A stretch of DNA of 64,000 bases from Bdellovibrionota bacterium (GTDB lineage Bacteria; Bdellovibrionota_C; UBA2361; OMII01), in assembly GCA_040398075.1 (NCBI GenBank), contig JBBAUR010000002.1:61834-125833 (forward strand), read 5' to 3'. The stretch's first letter is position 1. Every line of letters begins with the position of its first letter. The position numbers were made by a program, and so were the translations under genes. Shown in pieces: positions 9,702 through 18,616 of the stretch. Under the pieces are notes generated by a model that ran no database searches, was not told the DNA's origin, and was given only the letters and a program-made list of their open reading frames with translations.

Positions 9702-10616
9702 ATGTTCATGGCAAAGGCGATGAAATATCACCCACACGGGAGCGTATTGTTCTGCACGTTTAGTCTAGAAGAGGGGCTTTTGCTTCTCGCTAATCCTCTG
9801 TGCAAGGCGATTGTAAAGAGCTGTCTGGCTCGAGCACAGACGCTTCATCCTGTCAGGATCTGCCACTTTATCGTTGAGGCCACCCACGTTCATATCGTTC
9901 TTGTGGTGATGAACCCCGACGACGTTCACGCCTTCATCCGCTGCTTCAAGACTGAATCAGCTCACATGATTAACCGCCTCTTGGGTCGAGGGAAACGAAC
10001 CCTTTGGTGCGAAGGATACGATAGTCCCGTTGTGCTTACCCCTGTTAGAGCACTGCTAGCTATCGCTTACCTCTATGCCAATCCGGCAAAGGACAACCTT
10101 CAAGCCTCTATCGAGAAGTATCCCGGACTATCATCGTGGAAGATGTTTCAGTCTGGAGAGACAACTAGTTACTGCAAGCGCTTGCGCCGACCTCAGTTCT
10201 CATTCATTCCACGAGATGCGCACAATCTCCGAGGGTACACCAAGCTAGCATATACACTCCTCACAGAATCAAAGGAGAGCCAAACATTTACCCTTGAGCC
10301 AAATGCTTGGATGGAGGCGTTCGGTTATCGCTCTCCCGAAGAACAACAGCGCATCAACAGGAGGCTCATCGAACGAATTAGGCTCTTAGAACAACGGGCT
10401 GCGAGAATCAGAGTTGCTAACAATAAAAGAATCATCGGACGCGAGAATCTCGTCAATCAGGTCCTAGACACTACTTATCGTCCAAAACGCAGCGGACGCC
10501 GCATGTGGTGCCTCTCAGAGAAGCGAAGTGTGCGCGTTGCCTTTATCAGATTTTTCAAGGAGCTCATGCACAGATCCGAGCTAGAAGCTCCGCGCTCCGA
10601 CAGCCGCCTCTGCTAG
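9702..10616 (+). mobile_element. IS200/RayT-like Y1 (HUH) tyrosine transposase, apparently intact
   Basis: HUH-type motif EATHVHIVLVV and downstream LLAIAYLYANPAKDNL (Y..NP). 304 aa from ATG 9702. The ORF-track start 9408 would overlap the upstream gene and the tandem repeat. Confidence 0.7.
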
Positions 10617-10662
10617 CTTTGCGAAGGAACTCTCGCCTCCCGGACCGCGGAGCTTCTAGCTC
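10578..10662. repeat. 17-bp perfect inverted repeat (gagctagaagctccgcg / cgcggagcttctagctc) spanning the transposase stop
   Basis: Arms at 10578-10594 and 10646-10662, read directly. Could be a REP-like hairpin or a terminator. Confidence 0.75.
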
Positions 10663-10838
10663 CGCTAGCGGTTCGAATTGGCAACACCTGCGAGCATTTA
10701 ACGGAGAGATTTATCCAGAGGCTCCCTAACTATCCGTTCCAAAAGTAGCCGTTCGGCCCTTGCTCTCTGGTGGCCCTCGTCTTAGTCCAGGACGGCGAGC
10801 TCCGCCTGGTGCTTCGCCCGGTGAATACACATCTCAAA

Positions 10839-10957
10839 CCCTTGCTCTCTGGTGCTTGCTCTCTGGTACATCCAAACTCGCCAACATGTTTTCTCCTATC
10901 GATTTGGGGCGGTTAGGTGGTTGGGGTGTACCAGGGAGGGGAGGTACCAGGGAGGGG
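10839..10957 (+). repeat. Copy 1 of a ~90-bp dispersed repeat (cccttgctctctggt..ccaacatgttttctcctatcgatttggggcggttaggtggttggggtgtaccagggaggg)
   Basis: Near-identical to 13066-13155. This copy has small internal duplications at both ends. A 16-nt partial copy lies at 10757-10772. Confidence 0.85.
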
Positions 10958-11099
10958 GATGTCAAACGTGCGGCGAGACAACTGTGCATGGGTCGTTGCC
11001 TCGGTATCGGAGCGGGTGCGGGCATCCATAGCGGAAAGGCTGGCCTGCGACCGGAAGGGATAGATTCCATTTTGGATGGTACACATCAATCGCGCCGAT

Positions 11100-11353
11100 C
11101 CAAACGCTCCAGCAGAGGTCATTCTTATTTGGGTCGAAATAGGATCCTTGCCTTCACTCAAACGTTTTCGCGATAAACTGCCATGAGAAGCAACTCTCAC
11201 CATCAGGCAAGCTATTGTTGCCGTTGCTTGCTTAGGAGGATACCTCAATAGGAAGAATGTCCGCCCCCCGGAGCTACCGTACTTTGGCGCGGATGGCAGC
11301 GTCTCGCCTCAATGTCAGAACTTTACGAAAGCATGACGGATGGATGTGGGTAA
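11100..11353 (+). pseudogene. C-terminal remnant of an IS4/Tn5-like DDE transposase (frameshifted)
   Basis: Reads ...IRQAIVAVACLGGYLNRKN, then after a frame shift in the C-run at 11264-11269 PGATVLWRGWQRLASMSELYESMTDGCG*. This resembles the conserved LGGF/YLxRKxDxxPGxxxLWRG C-terminus. An in-frame stop lies upstream and no N-terminal catalytic part is present. Confidence 0.55.
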
Positions 11354-11643
11354 TAGTGAGCCCACACCCCCTCCCGGCTCTTCCAGCTGGAGGAACAGCC
11401 ACTACTGCTGATTGAATAGGAAGTGTTCAAAAAAAAGGGGAATTGACAGGTAGGCCGCTGATTCGATCCAGCAGTCTCCGTGGGAATTTGAAAGGCTACA
11501 GAGCTTCGCCTACAAGCCTACAAACGTGTCTGCTTTTGTGTGCATCTCCAGCTGACACCCGTTCCCAAAGCACAGGTTTTTGGTAGACTGGAGGCGATTG
11601 AGAGGTTGTGTTCTCTATCCTAAATTAATTTCATCTTCTCGCT

Positions 11644-12750
11644 ATGCGACCATTCCTACTGGGTTATGACTTTTTCTATTACTGGGCAAGTGGTCGCTTA
11701 CTGCGAAACGGTGGCAATCCATATGACATCAACCAACTTGAGCAACAGCTCCGGCTGATTGGCTGGCCCGCGGATGAAGCAGCAACGGGTCTCCCTAATC
11801 CACCCATTTCGCTCTGGATGTATTGGCTCATGGCGATGATGCCCTTTCAGATAGCGCTGCACCTGTGGAACGTTGGATCACTGATCGCGTGCGTCTTGTG
11901 CGGTATTGCTCTCAATCGAAAGCTTATGGGTGGGCGCGCACTCTCAACTCAACTGGCCATTATTGGGACACTAGTGTTCCCTCCAGTCATCAGTAATTTT
12001 TTTTGGGGGCAGATAAATGCCATACCCCTCTTGGGGCTGTTTCTATTCGGCCACTTCTTTCAGAGAAAAGCTGCTATAGCAGCCGGCTTTTGGCTGAGCT
12101 TGACTCTTTGTAAGCCGCACGCGGTACTGGCTCTTTTACTCGCCTTGACAACGTGGGAATTAATTCATCGGAGAGTCGCGCTGATCGGCGGACTTGTCCT
12201 TGGAATCTGCGCTCAGGGCTTCGCAACCTACCTCATCAATCCAAACGCGTTTAGTTGGTATTTTACTCACGGCACACAGGTCATCGCACAGGCCTCCCGT
12301 ATCTGCGGTGCAACACTCGCACAAACTCTCGTATGTGAAACTGACTGGGCAGGTTTCCAGGTCATCGCTCCCCTTCTTGGTACAGTAGCGTGTGTCATGA
12401 CTCTTATGCGCTACAACTACTCACTGCGAACCATTTTTTGTCTCCTCCTCCCGATCTCGTCGCTTTCAGCACCGTATGGTTGGAGTCACACCGCCGTGAC
12501 GCTTCTTCCTGCCTTCCTCATGGCCGTTCGCAGCTACCGAGAGTGCGTAACGGAACGAGGAGCCATGTACGGGCTCGCTGTCCTCGGCCTCTTAGCTATT
12601 CCGATATCCCTTATCGTTACTATTCAGCGGGAGTGGATTGCCCTGCCGCTGATCCTCTTACTCGTTAACATTCGCGCGTTTCGCTTGACGGACAGGCGTG
12701 TAGGCCAACTCTCGCGCGTGTCTCAGGAAGGAAAAGCTGCTTGTGAGTAA
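11644..12750 (+). CDS. Polytopic membrane protein, DUF2029/GT87-like glycosyltransferase candidate
   Basis: 368 aa with about 9-10 hydrophobic helices. The N-terminus YDFFYYWASGRLLRNGGNPYD is typical of this family. Confidence 0.5.
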   Translation: MRPFLLGYDFFYYWASGRLLRNGGNPYDINQLEQQLRLIGWPADEAATGLPNPPISLWMYWLMAMMPFQIALHLWNVGSLIACVLCGIALNRKLMGGRALSTQLAIIGTLVFPPVISNFFWGQINAIPLLGLFLFGHFFQRKAAIAAGFWLSLTLCKPHAVLALLLALTTWELIHRRVALIGGLVLGICAQGFATYLINPNAFSWYFTHGTQVIAQASRICGATLAQTLVCETDWAGFQVIAPLLGTVACVMTLMRYNYSLRTIFCLLLPISSLSAPYGWSHTAVTLLPAFLMAVRSYRECVTERGAMYGLAVLGLLAIPISLIVTIQREWIALPLILLLVNIRAFRLTDRRVGQLSRVSQEGKAACE

Positions 12751-13065
12751 AGCACTGCCCATATTTTAGGCCCTGCAATACTTCCGCGCATGTGAAGACT
12801 TATAACTTTTGTGCGAGGCCCATGTTATAAGCACTCATTTTGAGGTTTGAGGCGTTCTGCTTGAGTTTTACCCTCGGCCTGAGCTCAGGCCAAAGGGTCC
12901 TGAGTTGCGCGCCAAAAATTTCAAAATTCTGCGTGCTTTAGCGTATCTGCGCTATTTTCATTCTCCTTAACTGCTGTTTTAGGATAAATGGGGATTTGGG
13001 AAACGAAAGCCAGAAGACTCAAGCGGAACGCCGCAAAACTCAGTCTGAGAACTGAAATCATGAGC

Positions 13066-13155
13066 CCCTTGCTCTCTGGTGCATCCCAACTCGCCAACAT
13101 GTTTTCTCCTATCGATTTGGGGCGGTTAGGTGGTTGGGGTGTACCAGGGAGGGGG
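13066..13155 (+). repeat. Copy 2 of the ~90-bp dispersed repeat
   Basis: Direct-orientation match to 10855-10940 with very few mismatches, read directly. Confidence 0.85.
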
Positions 13156-13473
13156 CGCACCATCGTAACTGGTTGTGTTCATATTCCAATTCTCTCACAG
13201 TAATTATTGACTCCAATCACTTCGATTACTTGCAAGTCGAGAGCGGCTGCTCTATGAGGCTAGTTGGCAATCATTCCCGAGGTATCGCATGCGATGACGA
13301 TGGTGGAGATGTTGGACGGCTGTCAAAGGTCAATTTCTACGTCACCGCAAGCATCCCATACTTAAAAAGCATTATCGCACATCGCAGCTATACCAGCCCA
13401 TATCCTCAGTAGTTCTTTCAGTAAGTTGTGGGACTGTTATTGGTGTGCACACAAGATTAGAGGGGGGAAGGTT

Positions 13474-13932
13474 ATGGCAGGAGTAAGGGAACAGTCGGCT
13501 TTCGGTCACCGTGATTTTTGGGCCAATATCTTCGCGAAAATCAGTATGGTTACCGGGAGCCATACAGCTACTATTGCAGTTCTATTGCTAGGCTTGGTCA
13601 CTCATCACACAGCAACCGCTCAGACGACAGCACCACCGTCTTCTGGCGCAGGCTCTACCTTGGTGAAGATTTCGCTCCTCGGCCCCGGATATATTCAGTC
13701 AAGTGATGGAAGGCAGATTTGTATAGTCAGCAATCCGAACTCTCCTAGGTATACGCGCTGTCATTTTCGGGTGCGGCTCGGTGCGTCACTTACGTTTGTG
13801 GCGAAAGGTTTCTCCGGCGGGCGTTTCTTACGCTGGAATTACGAGACAAGCCCCCGAAATCCCCCGAATTCAATAACCTTACCCTCAAGAGATGGAACGA
13901 GTAGCGCGATAGCCTTCTTCGTCAAACAATAA
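13474..13932 (+). CDS. Hypothetical secreted protein
   Basis: Hydrophobic signal-like segment (TATIAVLLLGLVTHHTATAQ). GGGGAAGG lies upstream of ATG 13474. The start is uncertain (13426, 13474 or 13546). Confidence 0.35.
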   Translation: MAGVREQSAFGHRDFWANIFAKISMVTGSHTATIAVLLLGLVTHHTATAQTTAPPSSGAGSTLVKISLLGPGYIQSSDGRQICIVSNPNSPRYTRCHFRVRLGASLTFVAKGFSGGRFLRWNYETSPRNPPNSITLPSRDGTSSAIAFFVKQ

Positions 13933-14022
13933 ATAAAAAAATGTACTGCTTCACCGGAAACCGAACATTTGACGACCTGAAATAAGCTACTATCCTTGGG
14001 TCAAAAAGACAGGAGGAATGAG

Positions 14023-14200
14023 ATGAGCAAGGGAAGAAAGAAGAGGCAGTACTATACCGGCGAGCAAAGGTATCGGTCGTAAAGCGATACCTTAGAGAGC
14101 GAGCGGAGGTGTCTACGATCTACGACGAGCTGAAGTTACATCCGACAGTATTCTATGACTGGCAACGCAGATTTTTGTCAGAATGGAGTGAAAGCCGAAC
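14023..14200 (+). pseudogene. Remnant of an IS3-type transposase OrfA (HTH_Tnp_1-like), frameshifted and truncated
   Basis: AGGAGG then ATG 14023 gives MSKGRKKRQYYTGEQR. After a frameshift it continues (V)SVVKRYLRERAEVSTIYDELKLHPTVFYDWQRRFL. No OrfB follows. Confidence 0.55.
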
Positions 14201-14273
14201 TATTTCTCTCGCTCGATTTTCGCAGACATCCAAAGCTTCTCCTGCCCGCCAACCCGCATCTCATCGTCCAGAA

Positions 14274-14672
14274 TCATTCTCCCTCGCGCGCCTCTGCGTC
14301 GTGCTCGGAGTTGGGGCCCAACTCATACACGACCTTTACGTAACACCGCTTACCCCACTCCGGTATCCGTTCGACGAATGATTCGGCACCCAGCACCGCA
14401 AGATCAGGATGTGCTCGTTGGAACTCCTGCACTATCCGTCCTGGATCGTCCAGCGCATCGTGGTCTACCTGAATCAGCGCGATTCCCGGCTTGACGTTCT
14501 TGGGAAACTGAATCGCTTCCTCGAGAGTCGGAGGCTCTACAAGCTTTTCATACTCTGCGGAATTGCATGAAAAGGAGGCGCCCGCAAGCCCAGCCCCTGC
14601 GGCCAGTAACCACGGGAGATGGCCGCCCTTTGCATCGCTGTGTCGTCTGGTGTGTTGATCGTTGCTCGGCAT
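14274..14672 (-). CDS. Hypothetical lipoprotein
   Basis: 132 aa with the lipobox-like sequence LAGASFSC. Confidence 0.4.
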   Translation of the reverse strand: MPSNDQHTRRHSDAKGGHLPWLLAAGAGLAGASFSCNSAEYEKLVEPPTLEEAIQFPKNVKPGIALIQVDHDALDDPGRIVQEFQRAHPDLAVLGAESFVERIPEWGKRCYVKVVYELGPNSEHDAEAREGE

Positions 14673-14804
14673 ACATCCTCCACAATGAGTTAATTACGTT
14701 CACCCGAGGATAAACTGCGCCCGTTTATGTGCAACGCAAAGTGGTCAGAACTGCGCAATATATCAACAACCAATTGAATATATGTCGTTTGATATGATAT
14801 ATAT

Positions 14805-14823
14805 GTGTCCATAGTATGGACAC
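14805..14823. promoter_or_regulatory. Perfect 9+1+9 palindrome gtgtccata-g-tatggacac overlapping the TrmB-like start codon (candidate operator)
   Basis: Read directly. The ATG of the regulator gene is at 14816-14818, inside the right arm. An AT-rich tract lies immediately upstream. Confidence 0.4.
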
Positions 14824-15580
14824 TTTTGCTCACCTGCGTTCGGTTCTCGCATACCAGGGGCTCTCGAAAGAGGAGATCGACTGCTATTTCGCACTTCTCA
14901 GGAGCGGTGCGCTATCTGCCCTGGAGGTCTCTCGGATCTCGAATATTCCGCGGACATCGGCATATCGATCTCTCGATAGCTTGATATCACGAGGTCTCGT
15001 GTCGGAAGAGAAGCGCAACCGGAGAACGGTCTATGCTGCCGAGCATCCCCGCACACTCCTGCACGAGGCACGATCGCGGGAACAGGCTTTGACCGAAGCG
15101 ATACCGATGTTCGAAGAACTCCTTTTCAAGCATCCTGCTCATCCAACCACCAAGGTGCACACAGGTCGCAAGGGTTTTGCTACTGCGTTCGACTCATTTT
15201 ACGATCACGTTGAAAAGGAGAAGATCAAGCAGATATATTCCCTCTCGCATCCTGATCTTATCAAGAGATACCCGAGAGTCTTCTCTCGGTCGGTACAACG
15301 TCGAGAGGAGCTCAAGGCCCATATCTTCCTCATGATGCCCGACAGAGTGCCTCATGCTCGATCTCCACTACTTACCAAGAATGCTCTGAGAGAGGTTCGA
15401 TACGTCCCGCAAGCATTTGCGGAGAACACCTCCATGCTCATCGGAGGCAGTACCGTTCTGCACATCTCCCTCAGCGAGAAGGAGTCGTACGCTATCCTGG
15501 TTCATTCAGCAGCAATCTCCTACCTACTGCGAGAATTCTTTAAGGTGGTATGGGAGCGAGTGGCGCTGCCGAAGAAGTAA
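14816..15580 (+). CDS. TrmB-family HTH transcriptional regulator
   Basis: N-terminal winged HTH: LSKEEIDCYFALLRSGALSALEVSRISNIPRTSAYRSLDSLISRGLV. Confidence 0.7.
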   Translation: MDTFAHLRSVLAYQGLSKEEIDCYFALLRSGALSALEVSRISNIPRTSAYRSLDSLISRGLVSEEKRNRRTVYAAEHPRTLLHEARSREQALTEAIPMFEELLFKHPAHPTTKVHTGRKGFATAFDSFYDHVEKEKIKQIYSLSHPDLIKRYPRVFSRSVQRREELKAHIFLMMPDRVPHARSPLLTKNALREVRYVPQAFAENTSMLIGGSTVLHISLSEKESYAILVHSAAISYLLREFFKVVWERVALPKK

Positions 15581-15605
15581 TCAGGAAGTCCGATCAACGA
15601 GCGCC

Positions 15606-15941
15606 TCACAGGCTGCAATATGCGATTGTCCCCGCCAGTACCATAAGCACCAACGACGGCAGCCGACGTGCTGCGGAAGTGCCGGCTCTCGCATGAACGA
15701 CCTGAGCGCACGCCATGAGAGCGACGATTCCGACAGACCCAACTACGGTGAGGTCTTTATCCTGCTGCCCCGCGAGTAACATTGCAGCAAAGGTTAACTT
15801 GAGGATTCCAGTGAGATCTCGCAACCATGCTGGGATAGCGTACTCCTCGAACTCTTTAACGATATTTTTGTAGCGTACAACCCACACAAAGAAGATCGAG
15901 GTCGCTACCAGAATCTTTAACGCCAAAAGTATAGTATTCAT
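15606..15941 (-). CDS. DoxX-like small membrane protein
   Basis: 111 aa with 3-4 helices and the motif FEEYAIPAWLRDLTGILKLTFAAMLLAG. Confidence 0.5.
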   Translation of the reverse strand: MNTILLALKILVATSIFFVWVVRYKNIVKEFEEYAIPAWLRDLTGILKLTFAAMLLAGQQDKDLTVVGSVGIVALMACAQVVHARAGTSAARRLPSLVLMVLAGTIAYCSL

Positions 15942-16131
15942 GTGGAGTCTCGACAGTTGCGGGCCTTATCGGGTTAGAAGAGTGTATCCAGGGAAAGCGT
16001 AAACCTCTCTCTTGTGGGTGACAAGAAGCTATCTTAGCCTTGTGCTCAGTAATGGTCTGCGCATATCAGGCGCCGGTCTCGATACCGGCACGTCATGTCC
16101 GTTGAGAGTCCATCTGCTAAGGACACTAAGC

Positions 16132-16479
16132 ATGTTCCCCATCAATCTACCCGCTCTCGTGCTTGCTGTTTCATTCTTTTTTTATGGAAGCCGTTGCCTA
16201 TTTTCGGAAGCGATGGCTCGTGAGTTTACGCGATGGGGGGTCCCGCACCTGCGGTATCTCACCGGAATCTTAGAGGTCCTTGGATCTTTGGGGCTCGTGG
16301 TGGGGCTGTTGATACCGTGGGTCGGATTCCTGGCTGCTAGTGGCCTCTCCTTGCTAATGGTATGCGGAGTAGCAGTCCGGATCCGCATCAAAGATACTCT
16401 CTTACAGACACTTCCCGCGGTACTCTTCCTGTTTCTTTCGGTATTCGTGATGTGGCGCCACCTCTTTCTCCTCCGATAG
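16132..16479 (+). CDS. DoxX-like small membrane protein (paralogue, divergent)
   Basis: From ATG 16132: FTRWGVPHLRYLTGILEVLGSLGLVVG, with 4 helices. Confidence 0.5.
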   Translation: MFPINLPALVLAVSFFFYGSRCLFSEAMAREFTRWGVPHLRYLTGILEVLGSLGLVVGLLIPWVGFLAASGLSLLMVCGVAVRIRIKDTLLQTLPAVLFLFLSVFVMWRHLFLLR

Positions 16480-16597
16480 CTGAACTACTGCTTTTCGGCG
16501 CTTCCGGGTTTTTAAGTGGGTGACATGCAACGACAGGCAGCCTGTGCATTTTTAGCTCGGATTAATGCCTTTTCCCTTCATCATTCGGCATTCTAAG

Positions 16598-16800
16598 TCA
16601 GTCACCGATAACGTTTTTGGCTTTTCGCCTGAGGGTGCCTGCCAGTTCTTCTGCGTTGTTCTTTCGAAAGTCGTTGATTGTCCGAAAATCGGGGCGCTCA
16701 TTGCGAGCTAAGAACATAAATCGAAGGTTGTCCCCAGTGCGAAATATCTTCATGTCTCTCTTCTTACCAAATAAGCATCGCTCTGTGTCTAACCTTTCAG
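16598..16800 (-). pseudogene. N-terminal remnant of an IS1182/IS5-type transposase (DUF772-like)
   Basis: Minus-strand translation ...MKIFRTGDNLRFMFLARNERPDFRTINDFRKNNAEELAG then stop. PDFRTINDFRK is the hallmark motif. The DDE domain is absent. Confidence 0.5.
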
Positions 16801-17758
16801 CCGGCTAGGCAGGACTTTTCAGTCAGGCTCCAGAGAGAAATAGTTGGGGCGAATCGGTATTGGAACTGCCTCTGGCACTTCATCGATCAACCAGAGCTTT
16901 TGGAACCAACCAATAACCGTACCGAGAGAACCATTGCGTTAGAGATCTTCTCGTAAAGGGTATCGAGGACCAGCAGGCCTGCGCTGTTTGTGGAAAGCAC
17001 ATTGAGGAATCTGTTACCGCATCGGCGTCGAAACTAGCGATATACATTTACCGGAAGAAGGGATGCACCGGAGTGATCGGCATCCACGACGAGTGTTTCC
17101 GCAAAATTAAGTGTGAGGAGTTCCCTTTCATTAAGCTTCCGAAGCTCGCCTCGGATGTATTCGGAAGCTGAAAGCGACAACAAAGCAAGGCAGCGGGACC
17201 GACCTACGCTGACGCTTCGGTCGGCTGCTGCTCAGAACGTTGAACTAACCCGCGCCGAGCGCGGCAGTGGGGTTGCCGAGAAAATTTTCTCACGGGCACC
17301 CGGAAGATCGTGGTAGAGAAGTGGTCAGGAAGTGAGCCGAGCAGCGAGAGGTAGCTGAACCACATTTCAGGGCGGGCCCCTCCTTCATGCCCTCGAATCG
17401 GAGGTGATGCACCCCGGTAAATTGCTCGGTGGCGGGTTTTGACGCATAGCGAGATGTGGCGCATGCCCTGAATGGCTCAGGAAGAGCCGGCTTGCCGATG
17501 GCGACAGCCCTGGAATGGCTGTGGGTGAGAGGCGAAGCAGGAGCCCTTTAGTTCAGCCACTTGGGGCCCAAGCGGGGAGAGACTATCGTCCAATCCCCAA
17601 CTACGGTAAAAACAACAGTCGAGAACTCGCACCGCGTTGGCGGCGCGGGTCGGCACAACGCAGGTTGAACCGCTGGTGGTGGGCAGAAATCGTCTCCGCC
17701 CCGAATGGAACTACGCCATCATCCGCTGCTCAACCCTAAACATTATCTTTGTTTGGGC

Positions 17759-18319
17759 ATGAAGAAAATCGTAATAATCCATGGCACCAAAGGCTCTCCG
17801 GAGGGTAATTGGTTTCCGTGGCTTGCGGAGTCCCTTCGGCATCAGCACGCCCAGGTCGTGACTCCAAGAATGCCGACCCCAGACGGTCAGAACCTCTTGA
17901 ATTGGGTATCGGAATTCTCGCGACAGGTTGGCGTAATCGACGAAGGTACAACCCTCATCGGGCACAGTTTAGGCGCCACCTTCCTGTTACGTATTCTGGA
18001 GCGTCAAACGGTTCCTGTAGCCCAATCGATCTTCGTGGCAGGGCTTCTCGATAAAATCGGGATTGCCGAATACGATCAACTTAATCGGAGTTTCATCGAA
18101 ACGTCCTACGACTGGGTCACGATACGTAGGAATGCAGGAAGAGTGGTGTGTCTCTCCGGCGAAGGGGACCCGTATGTTCCTGCTCTGCAAGGGGAGCAGC
18201 TGGCCTCCAACCTTGGCGTCAAGAGCCGCATGATTCCACGTGGCGGGCACTTAAATGCTGACTTTGGCTACACTTCCTTCCCAGAGCTGTTGGACTTGCT
18301 CAACCTGGCAGGGGCGTGA
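17759..18319 (+). CDS. Alpha/beta serine hydrolase (YdeN/RBBP9-like)
   Basis: MKKIVIIHGTKGSPEGNWFPWL and the nucleophile elbow GHSLGA. About 186 aa from ATG 17759. Confidence 0.7.
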   Translation: MKKIVIIHGTKGSPEGNWFPWLAESLRHQHAQVVTPRMPTPDGQNLLNWVSEFSRQVGVIDEGTTLIGHSLGATFLLRILERQTVPVAQSIFVAGLLDKIGIAEYDQLNRSFIETSYDWVTIRRNAGRVVCLSGEGDPYVPALQGEQLASNLGVKSRMIPRGGHLNADFGYTSFPELLDLLNLAGA

Positions 18320-18616
18320 AGCACGTATCAAGGGCGTTGAGTTGTGTATATATCTATAGAGCCTCATCTTCTTGAGATCAAATTACACCGCTTTTTTAGG
18401 GCGGCGCGTCCCACAAGCGCTGAGTAGTAGTGGGACGACGTGATCGTCCTCCAGCATCGCTCCCCTCCGCTCAATATCAAAATCCACATCGCCGCAATTA
18501 CTACAAGCATGGAGAGCGCTTGGAGTACCGCTCGAAGGGCGCCCGCCCAATAAATAAGAGGCACCTCGATGTATGTCAAAAGGCAGCATCCACAGGAGGT
18601 TCCATCAACACACGGG

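Noticed and set aside
16917-17171. Stop-to-stop 84-codon Cys-rich frame (..HCVRD..ACAVCGKH...KKGCTG..IHDECFRKIKCEE..) that looks like a zinc-ribbon protein
   Set aside because: There is no ATG, GTG or TTG in frame until a GTG 34 codons (33 residues) before the stop, and no RBS. It is probably a fragment of a lost gene rather than an active CDS.
17172-17758. RNase P RNA, tmRNA, SRP RNA or tRNA in the ORF-free GC-rich stretch
   Set aside because: I found no GGAAAGUCC (P4) motif on either strand, no tRNA-like GGUUCGAAUCC T-loop with a CCA end, no tag-peptide-like frame ending in LAA/VAA, and only a loose resemblance to the SRP GGUCAGG..AGCAGC motif. It is kept as an unknown element in the findings.
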